NCBI GenBank assembly: GCA_963664115.2 | Contig: CAXWPJ010000009.1 | Coordinates: 416,001-480,000 of the forward strand | Length of the DNA stretch: 64,000 bases | Reading direction: 5' to 3' | Source: Terriglobia bacterium | Lineage (GTDB): Bacteria > Acidobacteriota > Terriglobia > 20CM-2-55-15 | Shown: positions 8,026 to 17,644 of the stretch, piece by piece | Layout: each line of letters begins with the position of its first letter | Numbering within the stretch: the first letter of the stretch is position 1 | Translations under genes and position numbers: made by a program | Notes under the pieces: model-generated | What the model saw: only the letters and a program-made list of their open reading frames with translations | Told to the model about the DNA's origin: nothing | Database searches by the model: none

Positions 8026-10759
8026 TCGCGGGCTTTCGCGCCAGTGGAAGCTCTAACCGGAACGTCGTTCCTTCTCCCGGTTGGCTCTCGACGTAGATGT
8101 TTCCGCCATGCTCCTGAACAATACCGTAAGAAACGGACAGACCGAGACCGGTTCCTTTACCGACCGCCTTCGTCGTGAAAAATGGGTCGTAAATCTTCTT
8201 GATGTTCTCGCCAGTGATGCCGGACCCGGTATCTTCGATCCAAACCCGCAATTTAGCCTCTGCCTGATCCGTGCGAATACGAAGACTGCCCCCATGGGTC
8301 ATCGCGTCTTTTGCATTCAGGAAAAGATTCAGGAAGACCTGTTGCATTTTGCCGGCGTTACCGAAGGCAAGGGGCGCGTCGGCGGCAAAGTCACGTTCCA
8401 CTCTGATCCCGGCGTTCTTCAATTGATGCTCCAACATCGAAACCGTCTCGGCAATGATCTGATGGATATCCAATTCCACGAACTCGGTGGCGTTCGTCCT
8501 GGAAAAGCTCAAGAGATTATTTACGATCTCGGACGCTCTGAACGTCTGCTTGATGATCTTGTCCATGAGCTTGTTTCGTTCGTCACCGGGATCGATTTGC
8601 TTGCGGAGAAGTTGGGAGTAGCTCGATATCACCGCGAGCGGCGTGTTGACCTCATGTGCCACGCCGGCAGCAAGCAGACCCATGGATGTCAGCTTGTCGT
8701 TCTGAACCAGCTGGTCTTCGAGCCGCACTCTTTCAGTAATGTCGTCGACGATAATCAAACGGCCCGCCGTACGATCCTCTTTGTCCAGGAGGGGAGTCGC
8801 CGAGAAATTAACGACGAGATCACCCCAACGGTGCTTATATAGGTTCCGTTCTTCTCGCAGGCGCTCCAGCGATTGTTCCGGAATTACGGTCGATGCCTCC
8901 TCACCGATCACTTCAGCCCGCTGACGCCCCGTAAGCCCTTCGAGGGCACGGTTCCAACCGACAATGCGCCCGCCGACTTCCACCATCACACCGACACTGA
9001 TCGATTCAATGATGTTCTCATTGAAATCCTTCAGTGTTTCGTATTCGGTCGCCTTATCCTCCAGCGACTGATACAGCGTGGCGTTCTCCACGGCGATACC
9101 GATGTAATCAGAAATCCCTTCGAGGAGATCAATATCTTCACTCGTCAGATATTCTCCGTCATGCGTCCGACCCATTCCGAGATAAGCGATCACGCGACCC
9201 TTTGCCCGACACGGGATGAAATAATTCAAACTCGATTCGTCATCTCCCGAAAATACGTAGGGCTGGTCGATGTCTTTGGACAGAGCGGGGTAAACAGTTC
9301 CTTCCGGAATGTCGAGCCCGTGCACGCGCGCCAGAACGAAACGGGAGGGATTGTCGGGGTCCTCCAAAAGGACGGCCATCTTGTCGACCAGAAGCGAGCT
9401 GGACAGACGTTCGACGATCCGGTCCAGCACTTTGGCGAGGTCCACTTCCGAGCCGAGCTTGCGGCCGAAATCGGTAACGGTCACTCTCAGGTTGTAGCGT
9501 TCCTTGTAAAAAAACTTGTCTAACCAGATCTGGATGTGTTCCTTTGTCGGAGCAAACAGGAAGGCGGCCACGATCGTGGCAATAATGCTTCCAATGATGC
9601 CGAGCTGGGGCAGGCCCTCCCCAAACAAATTACCCACAACAACGACGACTGTCACGTAGAGACCGACCACCATCGCTGTTGCGAGCGTATAAGCAACACC
9701 GCGCCTGAAGAGGATGTCCACGTCCATCAACCGATACCGGTGTATCGCCCATCCAAACGATAGAGGAATGAAAACGAGCGGGAAAAAGGCAACATCGGCG
9801 AATTCGGAGGGCACGAAACCGAATACACGCGGTAGGGACTGGAACAGGAAGAAGGAAACGGCGGCTACGGCGGTTCCGCCCGTCACCCACTTCATCTGCT
9901 GACGGAGTTCGGGCTCTTGGAGGGTTCTATAGCTATACGACAGGATTCCTGCACTGAGAACCAATAAGAGTCCGAAATGAAAAAGTCCAAGGGTATCAAG
10001 CAAATCCCGAAGAACCAGAGGCGAGGGGAAGAACCCGAGAATCCCGGTCACGAACAGGAGCCAGGTGGTCATCAGCAACCCGGCGGGAAGGTAGATCATC
10101 GGAACAATCAAACGGAAACGCTCAACCCACCGATTCCTGATCGGGAACTCAAGACACAAATGCATGAACAGCGGCGGCAGAAAAATTCCCGCTGCCAGGT
10201 CCGACCAATAGATCGTCCAGTCGAAGTCGTTGAACTTTCCCGTGTTGTGGAAGACGAAGTAGATGAAGGAAACCAGACAGACCAGGTAAAAGTGCGTTGC
10301 GTGGGGGGCCCGCCATCGCTTGGTCACGACGAAGAGCCCAACCAGCAGATACAGAACGCCGATGATTTCCAGATATGTAAACCGACTCTGAAAACGCTCT
10401 GGTTGGGGGGAAACCACTACCGTCGTTTCGAACGCCGCCTCGGCCCGCTCCAGCTGATACGTCGCCCGTGCCCACTCCCCGAGATCGTAGAGAACCTGAG
10501 TCACGTGCCTATCGTTCTGGATCGCAATCGCATCAATAGCAACCAGAACGTCGCCCCTTTCTATACCCGCCCGACTGCCTGGTCCGTCTGCCAGTACGAG
10601 CGCCGCCTCGACAGCGCCCGGCCGGCTCTCAATCCAGGAAACACCGTCATCCGGGGCGATCCAACTGCGCTTTTGCTCCACGTTGAGTCCGCCAAGGATG
10701 ATCATTCCCAAGCTCAGGATCACCGTGGCAATTAGCCGGAATGATAGGATTCGTGTCAT
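8018..10759 (-). CDS. Sensor histidine kinase: periplasmic PDZ, multi-TM, GAF, PAS, HisKA/HATPase
   Basis: PDZ signature DGPGSRAGIERGDVLVAID; many TM helices; AGVAHEVNTPL H-box; DPFFTTK, GTGLGLS. Confidence 0.92.
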   Translation of the reverse strand: MTRILSFRLIATVILSLGMIILGGLNVEQKRSWIAPDDGVSWIESRPGAVEAALVLADGPGSRAGIERGDVLVAIDAIAIQNDRHVTQVLYDLGEWARATYQLERAEAAFETTVVVSPQPERFQSRFTYLEIIGVLYLLVGLFVVTKRWRAPHATHFYLVCLVSFIYFVFHNTGKFNDFDWTIYWSDLAAGIFLPPLFMHLCLEFPIRNRWVERFRLIVPMIYLPAGLLMTTWLLFVTGILGFFPSPLVLRDLLDTLGLFHFGLLLVLSAGILSYSYRTLQEPELRQQMKWVTGGTAVAAVSFFLFQSLPRVFGFVPSEFADVAFFPLVFIPLSFGWAIHRYRLMDVDILFRRGVAYTLATAMVVGLYVTVVVVVGNLFGEGLPQLGIIGSIIATIVAAFLFAPTKEHIQIWLDKFFYKERYNLRVTVTDFGRKLGSEVDLAKVLDRIVERLSSSLLVDKMAVLLEDPDNPSRFVLARVHGLDIPEGTVYPALSKDIDQPYVFSGDDESSLNYFIPCRAKGRVIAYLGMGRTHDGEYLTSEDIDLLEGISDYIGIAVENATLYQSLEDKATEYETLKDFNENIIESISVGVMVEVGGRIVGWNRALEGLTGRQRAEVIGEEASTVIPEQSLERLREERNLYKHRWGDLVVNFSATPLLDKEDRTAGRLIIVDDITERVRLEDQLVQNDKLTSMGLLAAGVAHEVNTPLAVISSYSQLLRKQIDPGDERNKLMDKIIKQTFRASEIVNNLLSFSRTNATEFVELDIHQIIAETVSMLEHQLKNAGIRVERDFAADAPLAFGNAGKMQQVFLNLFLNAKDAMTHGGSLRIRTDQAEAKLRVWIEDTGSGITGENIKKIYDPFFTTKAVGKGTGLGLSVSYGIVQEHGGNIYVESQPGEGTTFRLELPLARKPANV

Positions 10760-10798
10760 TTTCGTTGAACGGGCCTGCGCCTCTGTGCACTAAGACAG

Positions 10799-10815
10799 TG
10801 CAATCCGCTCACCAA
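10799..10815 (-). promoter_or_regulatory. Candidate sigma54 (-24/-12) promoter for the HK-RR operon
   Basis: Minus strand TTGGTGAGCGGATTGCA = GG-N10-GC with TTGCA -12 element, ~40 nt upstream of the kinase start; -24 part is only a partial consensus match. Confidence 0.5.
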
Positions 10816-10903
10816 AGAAGTATATATGTTTACACACACTTAGAGCGTCACTTCCGAAATAATACTGTTTTTGGGATACAAAATACAAAAATCCGTATTT
10901 CGT

Positions 10904-12559
10904 TCAGAACTTGAAGTGAATCCCGCCCTTAAGCAATCGCGGATACCCCGCATGCACCGTCCGCCGCGAGCCGAACGATGGCTCGAACAGGTTCCGGGCA
11001 TCGACAATCGCCTGGATCTTGGCGGGCAAGATTCTCAGGCTGGGTAAATCTTGCGCAATCGTGAGACTCAATGTGGGGTCGTTGTATTCAGCGAACCGTT
11101 GGTAGGGATCGATCGGAGCCAGTGAAAAACCGGAGGCCCACCGATAAATCGCCGTAACGGACGTCCGCGTCTGCTCAATATCCGTCTTAACACGGGCTGT
11201 AACGACATGAAAGTTCTTCTGCTCGGCTTGCGATAGCAGTTCCTCAGGCGAGATGACACCCGGGTCAAAGCCGATCCCATTCGCGTATGTGTAACCGACA
11301 CTCGCGTTGAAATCTCTGAACGCCCCCTCCATAGAAAACCGCAATCCCGAGGCGCCCGCCCGGGCACGATCAAAGAACACGATGGCACGACGGCCGTCGT
11401 CGGAATCAACCAGGAAAGCCTGGGTTCCCATCCGGTCGCGGAAAACCACAGCGGAAACCTGAACGACCTCCGACAGCGTGTGGCTCGCTCCAAATTCGGT
11501 GTGGGAGTAGCGCTCCATCTCGGGAGGGATATAGACGGAGCGGCCAAAGTACTCGCGACCGCGGATCGCATCGGTGGTGTCTTCCGGCGTCTGTCGCGAG
11601 AAAGAACCGTGAAGGGTCGTGCGGTGAGCCGGCGCCCAAGTCACACCAAAGGCCGGCCGGATATAGTTTTCTCCGTTGATCCCCTCCGCTCGACCCACAG
11701 ACGTGCCGTAATCAAAAACCAGATTGTCGGACCACCGCAGCTGCTCGTCGTAGTTGATCTGAATTTCACGCGCTTCAACACCACCCGCCCCGCCATTGAG
11801 CAACGCCCCCTGGCGCATGTTTACCGCGAGCGACGATCTGTGGCGATCGGCAGAAGAAAACTCATACGAGGCACCAAATCCGCGCGGCTGATTCGCGGCT
11901 TCATTGTATTGCCCTGAAAACGTGACACGGGAATCCAGAGCCAGCGGAAGGCTGAAAGAGAAGTGAGAACCTACGGAATCGCTCGATCCACCGGGCGTGT
12001 CCATCGAAGTCGAGTACACCTGAACATAGCCGGACGTCTCCGCACCTGCAAGCGCAGCGGCGACACCCTCATCATCAGCTGGGGCATCTTCGGCTAGCCG
12101 CAGTATGGGGCGCGTGGAAGGCGCACTCCGCAGCACCCACTTGATCTCTTCGAGGCTAGGACCCCGCACTCCACGACGGACAATGTCCATTGCCGTCTGG
12201 AGACTCAGAGTAAGCGCGACTTCAGCGCCAATGGTGAGATCTATGTTGGATGTTACCGCTGGAAGGAAATTGGATTTGGTGACCCGGACCAGGTAACGCC
12301 CGGCGAGCAGATCGGGAACAGAGAAAACTCCGAGGTGGTTGGTAAAGACAAACTCGCGAATAGAGGAGTCGACCGACTGGACCGCCACCAGCGCCCCGAC
12401 TAACGGCAAACCCGAGCTGTCCTGGACGCGGCCCTGGATCGTTGACAGATTCTGGGCGTCCGCGGTCCCAACTGCAAGCGTCCCGCTCACCAGCAGGACC
12501 CACAGAATTCTCGCGCCTAACCATCGGGGGGGCATCTTGCGAGGGGACATCTTACTCAT
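10904..12559 (-). CDS. Outer-membrane beta-barrel protein with N-terminal carboxypeptidase-regulatory-like domain (TonB-receptor-like)
   Basis: Signal peptide, IQGRVQDSSGLPLVGALV...GRYLVRVT domain, beta-rich C-half, terminal Phe (GGIHFKF). Confidence 0.75.
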   Translation of the reverse strand: MSKMSPRKMPPRWLGARILWVLLVSGTLAVGTADAQNLSTIQGRVQDSSGLPLVGALVAVQSVDSSIREFVFTNHLGVFSVPDLLAGRYLVRVTKSNFLPAVTSNIDLTIGAEVALTLSLQTAMDIVRRGVRGPSLEEIKWVLRSAPSTRPILRLAEDAPADDEGVAAALAGAETSGYVQVYSTSMDTPGGSSDSVGSHFSFSLPLALDSRVTFSGQYNEAANQPRGFGASYEFSSADRHRSSLAVNMRQGALLNGGAGGVEAREIQINYDEQLRWSDNLVFDYGTSVGRAEGINGENYIRPAFGVTWAPAHRTTLHGSFSRQTPEDTTDAIRGREYFGRSVYIPPEMERYSHTEFGASHTLSEVVQVSAVVFRDRMGTQAFLVDSDDGRRAIVFFDRARAGASGLRFSMEGAFRDFNASVGYTYANGIGFDPGVISPEELLSQAEQKNFHVVTARVKTDIEQTRTSVTAIYRWASGFSLAPIDPYQRFAEYNDPTLSLTIAQDLPSLRILPAKIQAIVDARNLFEPSFGSRRTVHAGYPRLLKGGIHFKF

Positions 12560-12624
12560 GAAGCTTCTTCCCTCTGGCCGCTGGAGCCAAGCCCCGCCCG
12601 TCGGAGCGGGGACTGAGGCCTGGG

Positions 12625-14238
12625 TTATCGACTTGCGAGGAGCGGCTCTTGAACGACGAAATCGCTGGACTGGCTGACGATCTCGCCAGACAGGTTGTCT
12701 GTAATACGCACCTGGATCGTGTACTCTCCGAGCTCAAAATCGCTCAGATCAATCATTTTCTGCAGGGTCATCTGCTGCGCGGCTCCCGACAATTCGTTCG
12801 TCGTCTCCACGATCTTCTGTACTTCACGGCCGTCACGCGTGATGAGCGTTTCAACGGTTGCCGACGGCTTCTGATCGTTTTCATCGACCTGCAGGTTGTA
12901 AATCTGAATCCAGTAGTAGAGTTCCTTGTCCTGATAGAACTCCTGCTTCACGCTCGGGCGCACCCGCAGGCTCCCCAGTACGAACGGCGCGGAACCGATC
13001 TGTCTCGGTGGCACCGGCTCGATCAAATCTGCCACGATCAGGGAACTCGCCGTCAGCTGTTCACTCGAAAAGCGCGGGACAGCCAGCCGCTGGTTGATTG
13101 TGCCCACGTTTTCGCTTTGAACATCCTTGACGACCAGATCGATTTTGTAGAGGCCCGGACTCAGCGGCAGCACCTTCTGGTAAATCGAACTTCTATTCAG
13201 CGAATCGGTGAACAGAGCGTCCGGAGTGGCCAAAGTGATCGTGTCCTCAAACGTCTGCGCAATACGCCCGTTGATACCGGTCACCTGGCCGAAGATGTTA
13301 AGCGTCGCTTCATGAATCCCCTGGGTTTCCTGGAAAGCGATATCCCTGTTTCGAACAAGAATGGTGACCGGCGCCAAAACCGTCTCGTCGGTCACGCGGA
13401 CAAAGTCGGTCCTCACATCAAACGGAAGCAGGTTGTAGGAAAGATTCGTCGTAACGATCGCTTCCAGATCGGTGAACTTGATTTCCGGCGGCAGGAAAGC
13501 TTTTGTAAATAGCTCAAGCCGGTCGAACTGATTGTCACCGCCAATGCGTGTGCCCTGATAGGCACCCTGCTGGCGATCGAATATTGCCCTGTTCCTTTCG
13601 TCGCCGTCCTCCATCAGTTGCTCCCGCATCGTCATGCTTGAGCTAAGTGAGCTGCCCATCATTTCCTTCTCATACGGATGCAAGGCCAAGCGGAACTCAC
13701 CGGTCATGGTCGGGTCGACGAACTCAAATTCGATGTTGTTGCCGAGTCCGGGAAGATAGCGGTAGTACCACTTTTCAAAAGGATAGACATTTGTCATCCC
13801 GCCACCCTCTTCGATGGTCCGCTGGTAATTGCCTCCCTGAACCTGCCCCTCTTTGCTGGTCGGCTCACCGTGGATGATATAGATCCGGCCCCTGTCGGTC
13901 ATCCATCCCGGCTTGCCGGAAGAAAACCGCTCGTTGGTATGCGCGATGCGCCGGTAGTGCTCCTCCCGGTATTCGTTCTCTATCGAATCCGGGGTTGGGT
14001 CGCGTCTGAGCCAGAAGGTCTCGATAAAACTGGCACGCTGCTCATCCGCGGTCAGCGCTTCGAATGCGTCCTTTTCGTCAGACGTGATAATGAAAGCCAC
14101 GTCCTGATCCAACCACCTCTCCAACGCGCGATTCGCGCGCTCCAACCTGGCGCTGTCGCTGTCTCGCTGAGCCCATGCCGGCGCCGGGCCGACTAGGAGA
14201 GCGATCGCGATGGCCCCCACGATTAACCTACGACTCAT
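12625..14238 (-). CDS. GWxTD domain-containing protein
   Basis: Signal peptide; FIETFWLRRDPTP..ENEYREEHYRRI, GWMTDRGRIYIIHGEP. Confidence 0.93.
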   Translation of the reverse strand: MSRRLIVGAIAIALLVGPAPAWAQRDSDSARLERANRALERWLDQDVAFIITSDEKDAFEALTADEQRASFIETFWLRRDPTPDSIENEYREEHYRRIAHTNERFSSGKPGWMTDRGRIYIIHGEPTSKEGQVQGGNYQRTIEEGGGMTNVYPFEKWYYRYLPGLGNNIEFEFVDPTMTGEFRLALHPYEKEMMGSSLSSSMTMREQLMEDGDERNRAIFDRQQGAYQGTRIGGDNQFDRLELFTKAFLPPEIKFTDLEAIVTTNLSYNLLPFDVRTDFVRVTDETVLAPVTILVRNRDIAFQETQGIHEATLNIFGQVTGINGRIAQTFEDTITLATPDALFTDSLNRSSIYQKVLPLSPGLYKIDLVVKDVQSENVGTINQRLAVPRFSSEQLTASSLIVADLIEPVPPRQIGSAPFVLGSLRVRPSVKQEFYQDKELYYWIQIYNLQVDENDQKPSATVETLITRDGREVQKIVETTNELSGAAQQMTLQKMIDLSDFELGEYTIQVRITDNLSGEIVSQSSDFVVQEPLLASR

Positions 14239-14285
14239 AAACCACCTCGATTGACGGATAATGCTTCATCTTAATGTGTCCAAAT

Positions 14286-14313
14286 ATCATAGCATTGGCG
14301 GCTAAACAGTCAA
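14286..14313 (-). promoter_or_regulatory. Sigma70-type promoter for the GWxTD gene
   Basis: Minus strand TTGACT-16 nt-TATGAT with extended -10 TG. Confidence 0.6.
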
Positions 14314-14514
14314 GCAATTCAGTGGTTTGGTAGTGCTAAGTTTCCGAGATGGACTCGTACCCAGCGGCTCCCGACGGCATCGCTCATTAGAAAACAAACA
14401 CGCTTCGACCGGTTGGCATGATTATTAAGCTTTGCGGCGCTGTTCCTCGTCGCCGGCGATTTCCCATCCGTCCCCAAACTGCTACAGTGTGTCTCAGAGC
14501 CAAGCCCAGAGGAT

Positions 14515-15066
14515 TTGAGACGACTGGAAACTTCCAAAGTGAGACACAATCCCCAGCCAAGCGCCCATTCTCCCGGCGACGTCAGTCTCGGAAAGCCCCG
14601 ATTGCTGTCCCCCCATTGCGGCGTAGATGCTCTGCTGCTGGCGATGGCAGCCATCTGGATGGCCGCCATTTTAGCCGCCCCGATTCTTGAAAACCGGGCA
14701 ATCTATACTCTCTTCTCCGCCATCTGCCACCAGATCCCTGCCAGGAGCTGGTTGCTAGGGGGAGAGCCCCTGGCCGCATGCATCCGCTGCACATCCATTT
14801 ACGCGGGTTTCTTTATCGCGCTCGTAGTACGCCTTCCCCCTGCGAGACGGTTCTTGCAGGTATCCGTTGCCCTAATGCTGCTGGAGCTGACCGTCGCTCA
14901 GCTCTGGATCGACCTTGAACTCGTCCGCGCCATCTCCGGTCTGCTGTTAGGTCTGGCGGCGGCAGGTTTCGTCTCCGAAGGGCTTCGGGAATTGATCTCA
15001 CGCCGGCCCCGATATCGGAGTTTCCCTCCCGCCACTCGCACAAAGGACATTCTTGAACACCTGTAG
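14515..15066 (+). CDS. DUF2085-like membrane protein (true start probably later)
   Basis: FSAICHQIPARSW...LAACIRCTSIYAG motif. Confidence 0.8.
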   Translation: MRRLETSKVRHNPQPSAHSPGDVSLGKPRLLSPHCGVDALLLAMAAIWMAAILAAPILENRAIYTLFSAICHQIPARSWLLGGEPLAACIRCTSIYAGFFIALVVRLPPARRFLQVSVALMLLELTVAQLWIDLELVRAISGLLLGLAAAGFVSEGLRELISRRPRYRSFPPATRTKDILEHL

Positions 15067-15670
15067 ACACTGCGGGGCGACGCTGTCGGATGAGGCCCAG
15101 TACTGCATGCAGTGCGGGGGCGCGGCCGTCGAGGGGCCGGAACCATCCGAACCCTTACCGGTTTCCGGATTCGTCAAGCCCGCGATTCTCGGCGGCGCCC
15201 TCCTCGGAACCCTCTCCGCCCTCCCGATCATCAGTTTAGGTAACGTGCTTTGCTGTATGTGGGTGGTCGGTGGTGGTGCCCTGGCGGCATGGTTGCTGCG
15301 AAAGAAACATCCTCAGGGACCGGAATCGGTGACCTATGGGGATGGTGCTTTTGTGGGGGTTTTGAGCGGCTTGTTTGGCGCGGTTATCGCCACGGCGATT
15401 TCGATCCCGGTTCGTTTGTTGAGCGCCGAAGCACTGCGTGCCAATCTTGAGGCCGCGGAAGAAATGCTAGGCGATTTCGAAGGCCCGGTTCGGGAATTAT
15501 TGCTTCGGCTGGTTTCTCCGGAACTGTCTTTCGTCACTATTCTGGCAACCTTTTTTATGCACCTGGTGATGTTTTCCCTCTTCGCAATGGTCGGAGGAAT
15601 CCTGCTCCTGGCAATAATGGAACGCAAGTCGGGGGGTCCTGCCGCACCGCGTGCACGAACCGACGTTTAG
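15053..15670 (+). CDS. Zinc-ribbon plus multi-TM membrane protein
   Basis: CRHCG...YCMQCG then four hydrophobic segments with LCCMW; 14-nt overlap with the upstream gene. Confidence 0.8.
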   Translation: MNTCRHCGATLSDEAQYCMQCGGAAVEGPEPSEPLPVSGFVKPAILGGALLGTLSALPIISLGNVLCCMWVVGGGALAAWLLRKKHPQGPESVTYGDGAFVGVLSGLFGAVIATAISIPVRLLSAEALRANLEAAEEMLGDFEGPVRELLLRLVSPELSFVTILATFFMHLVMFSLFAMVGGILLLAIMERKSGGPAAPRARTDV

Positions 15671-15786
15671 GTTTCTGGCCCGATCACCGACCCTACAGCC
15701 GCGGCGCCAGGGTTGAAAGATGACAAATGAAGGGGCGACAGGGGGCTAGCCTTTTTCTCGAGAGGGTCGCCGCGTGTGGCTATTCA

Positions 15787-16485
15787 TCACGCTCCAACGA
15801 AATAACCCACGATCTGATAGCCCATCAGAATGAAGCCTCCGGCCATCAGCGCGGAGTTGGTCAGGAAGGCGTGTTCCAAATATCCCTTTCGCGTGCGCCA
15901 GTAGCTTAAAGCAATGAAAACACCCGTGAGGGCGAGCATCTGCCCGATTTCCACCCCAACATTGAAACTCACAATGTTGGCAACCAGTCCATCCTGCGCC
16001 AGGGTAAACTCCTGGAGTTTGGTGGCGAGGCCCAGGCCGTGGAAGAGCCCGAATACCAGAACAGCGGCACGCGTGTCGATTTCGAAACCGAAGAACCGTT
16101 TGAAGCCGTCCACGTTTTCGAAGCCCTTATAGACCACAGACAACCCGATAATGGCGTCAATCACGTAAGCATTTACCTGCAATCCCCCGAGAACACCCGC
16201 GAGCAGCGTGACGCTGTGGCCGATCGTGAAGAGGCTCACGTACAAGGCAATGTCTTTCGCTCTGTAAAGAAAGAAGATGACGCCGACCAGGAAAAGGAGA
16301 TGGTCATAACCGGTCACCATGTGTTTGGCCCCGAGATACATGAACGGGCCGACGGCCGCTCCCTCGTTGGTCTGAACGAATTCGGCGTCTGCCTCTGAAA
16401 CACCATGTGCCTGGACTGAGCCCGGCAGGGACAGGGTCAGCACTAAGATGAGAAGCCCCAGGGCAAAAGACTTTCGGGTGTTCAT
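15787..16485 (-). CDS. HupE/UreJ family metal permease
   Basis: Signal peptide ending AH, GAKHMVTGYDHLLF, FTIGHSVTL, FGLFHGLG, FNVGVEIGQ. Confidence 0.9.
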   Translation of the reverse strand: MNTRKSFALGLLILVLTLSLPGSVQAHGVSEADAEFVQTNEGAAVGPFMYLGAKHMVTGYDHLLFLVGVIFFLYRAKDIALYVSLFTIGHSVTLLAGVLGGLQVNAYVIDAIIGLSVVYKGFENVDGFKRFFGFEIDTRAAVLVFGLFHGLGLATKLQEFTLAQDGLVANIVSFNVGVEIGQMLALTGVFIALSYWRTRKGYLEHAFLTNSALMAGGFILMGYQIVGYFVGA

Positions 16486-16572
16486 GATGTCCAGCTTATA
16501 CCACTCGGCAAAGAATAAGACCAAAAAGGATTCCTGGCCCTCGGACGCTATCGGCGCACTGAACCGGCCAAC

Positions 16573-17559
16573 TTAACGCCGCCCGACGAGAATGGGATGC
16601 GGCTTATATTGAGCGCCCAGTGCTTCCAGCTCGCTCTCTTCCAGCTTTAACTCTATCGCGCCTACCAAATCCTCAAGATGATTCAGATCCGTGGCTCCAA
16701 CAATCGGGGCAACGACACCTGGTTGATGCATCAGCCAGGCCAGCGCGACCTGGGCGTTACTGACACCGCGGGACTGGGCAACTCGCGTCACCTGCTCTAC
16801 GACGGCAAAATCGTACGGTTCAAAGTAGAGCCGTTTGGAAAACTCGTCCACCTTCGCCCGCCGCGTGTCGCCAGAGCCTTCGTTCGTCCGGTTTCCGGCG
16901 ACAAAACCGCGCGCCAGGGGGCTGTATGGCGTCACCGCGACGCCTTCCTCCACGCAGAGAGGAATCATTTCCCTCTCCTCTTCCCGATAAACGACATTGT
17001 AGTGATTTTGCATGCAGACGAAGCGCGGTGCACCGAGTTGATCGGCGACGTAGAGCATCTTGGCGAACTGCCAGGCCATCATGCTGGAGGCGCCTACGTA
17101 AAGTACCTTGCCGGCCCTCACCAGGTCTTCCAGGGCTCGAATTGTTTCTTCTACGGGCGTCTGGTCATCAAACCGGTGAATCTGATAGAGGTCTACGTAG
17201 TCCGTTCTCAGACGACGGAGGCTGCTGTCGATGGAATGAAAAATATGTTTCCGCGACAGGCCTCTCTGGTTCGGGTCGTCGCCCATCGGCATACACACCT
17301 TCGTGCCGATGACAACGCGGTCGCGGGAAGGACCGAAGTCTTTGAGCGCTCGCCCTAGAATCTCCTCACTGCGGCCATCGGAATACATGTTGGCTGTGTC
17401 GATGAAATTGATCCCCAACTCCAGCGCTTTTCTAATAAACGGGCGACTTGCTTCCTCATCCAAAACCCATTTTCTCCAGCTTGCGGAGCCATAGGTCATT
17501 GTGCCCAGGCATAGACGGGACACTTTTAGCCCGGTTGAGCCAAGCTTGACGTATTCCAA
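16573..17559 (-). CDS. Aldo/keto reductase
   Basis: LGSTGLKVSRLCLGTM, DTANMYSDG, DLYQIHR, PYSPLARG. Confidence 0.95.
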   Translation of the reverse strand: MEYVKLGSTGLKVSRLCLGTMTYGSASWRKWVLDEEASRPFIRKALELGINFIDTANMYSDGRSEEILGRALKDFGPSRDRVVIGTKVCMPMGDDPNQRGLSRKHIFHSIDSSLRRLRTDYVDLYQIHRFDDQTPVEETIRALEDLVRAGKVLYVGASSMMAWQFAKMLYVADQLGAPRFVCMQNHYNVVYREEEREMIPLCVEEGVAVTPYSPLARGFVAGNRTNEGSGDTRRAKVDEFSKRLYFEPYDFAVVEQVTRVAQSRGVSNAQVALAWLMHQPGVVAPIVGATDLNHLEDLVGAIELKLEESELEALGAQYKPHPILVGRR

Positions 17560-17644
17560 TATGCCTCCCTCGTGTATCGGATGGTTTGATTGAACGGACT
17601 TTGAGGATGTCCTGTACTCGACTACTGACTTCGGTGACGGACGG

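Noticed and set aside
2157-10897. Shared AAATACAAAAAT at ~2157 and ~10877 as a common ECF promoter
   Set aside because: Low-complexity match, and the spacing to the GCTCT element differs between the two sites.
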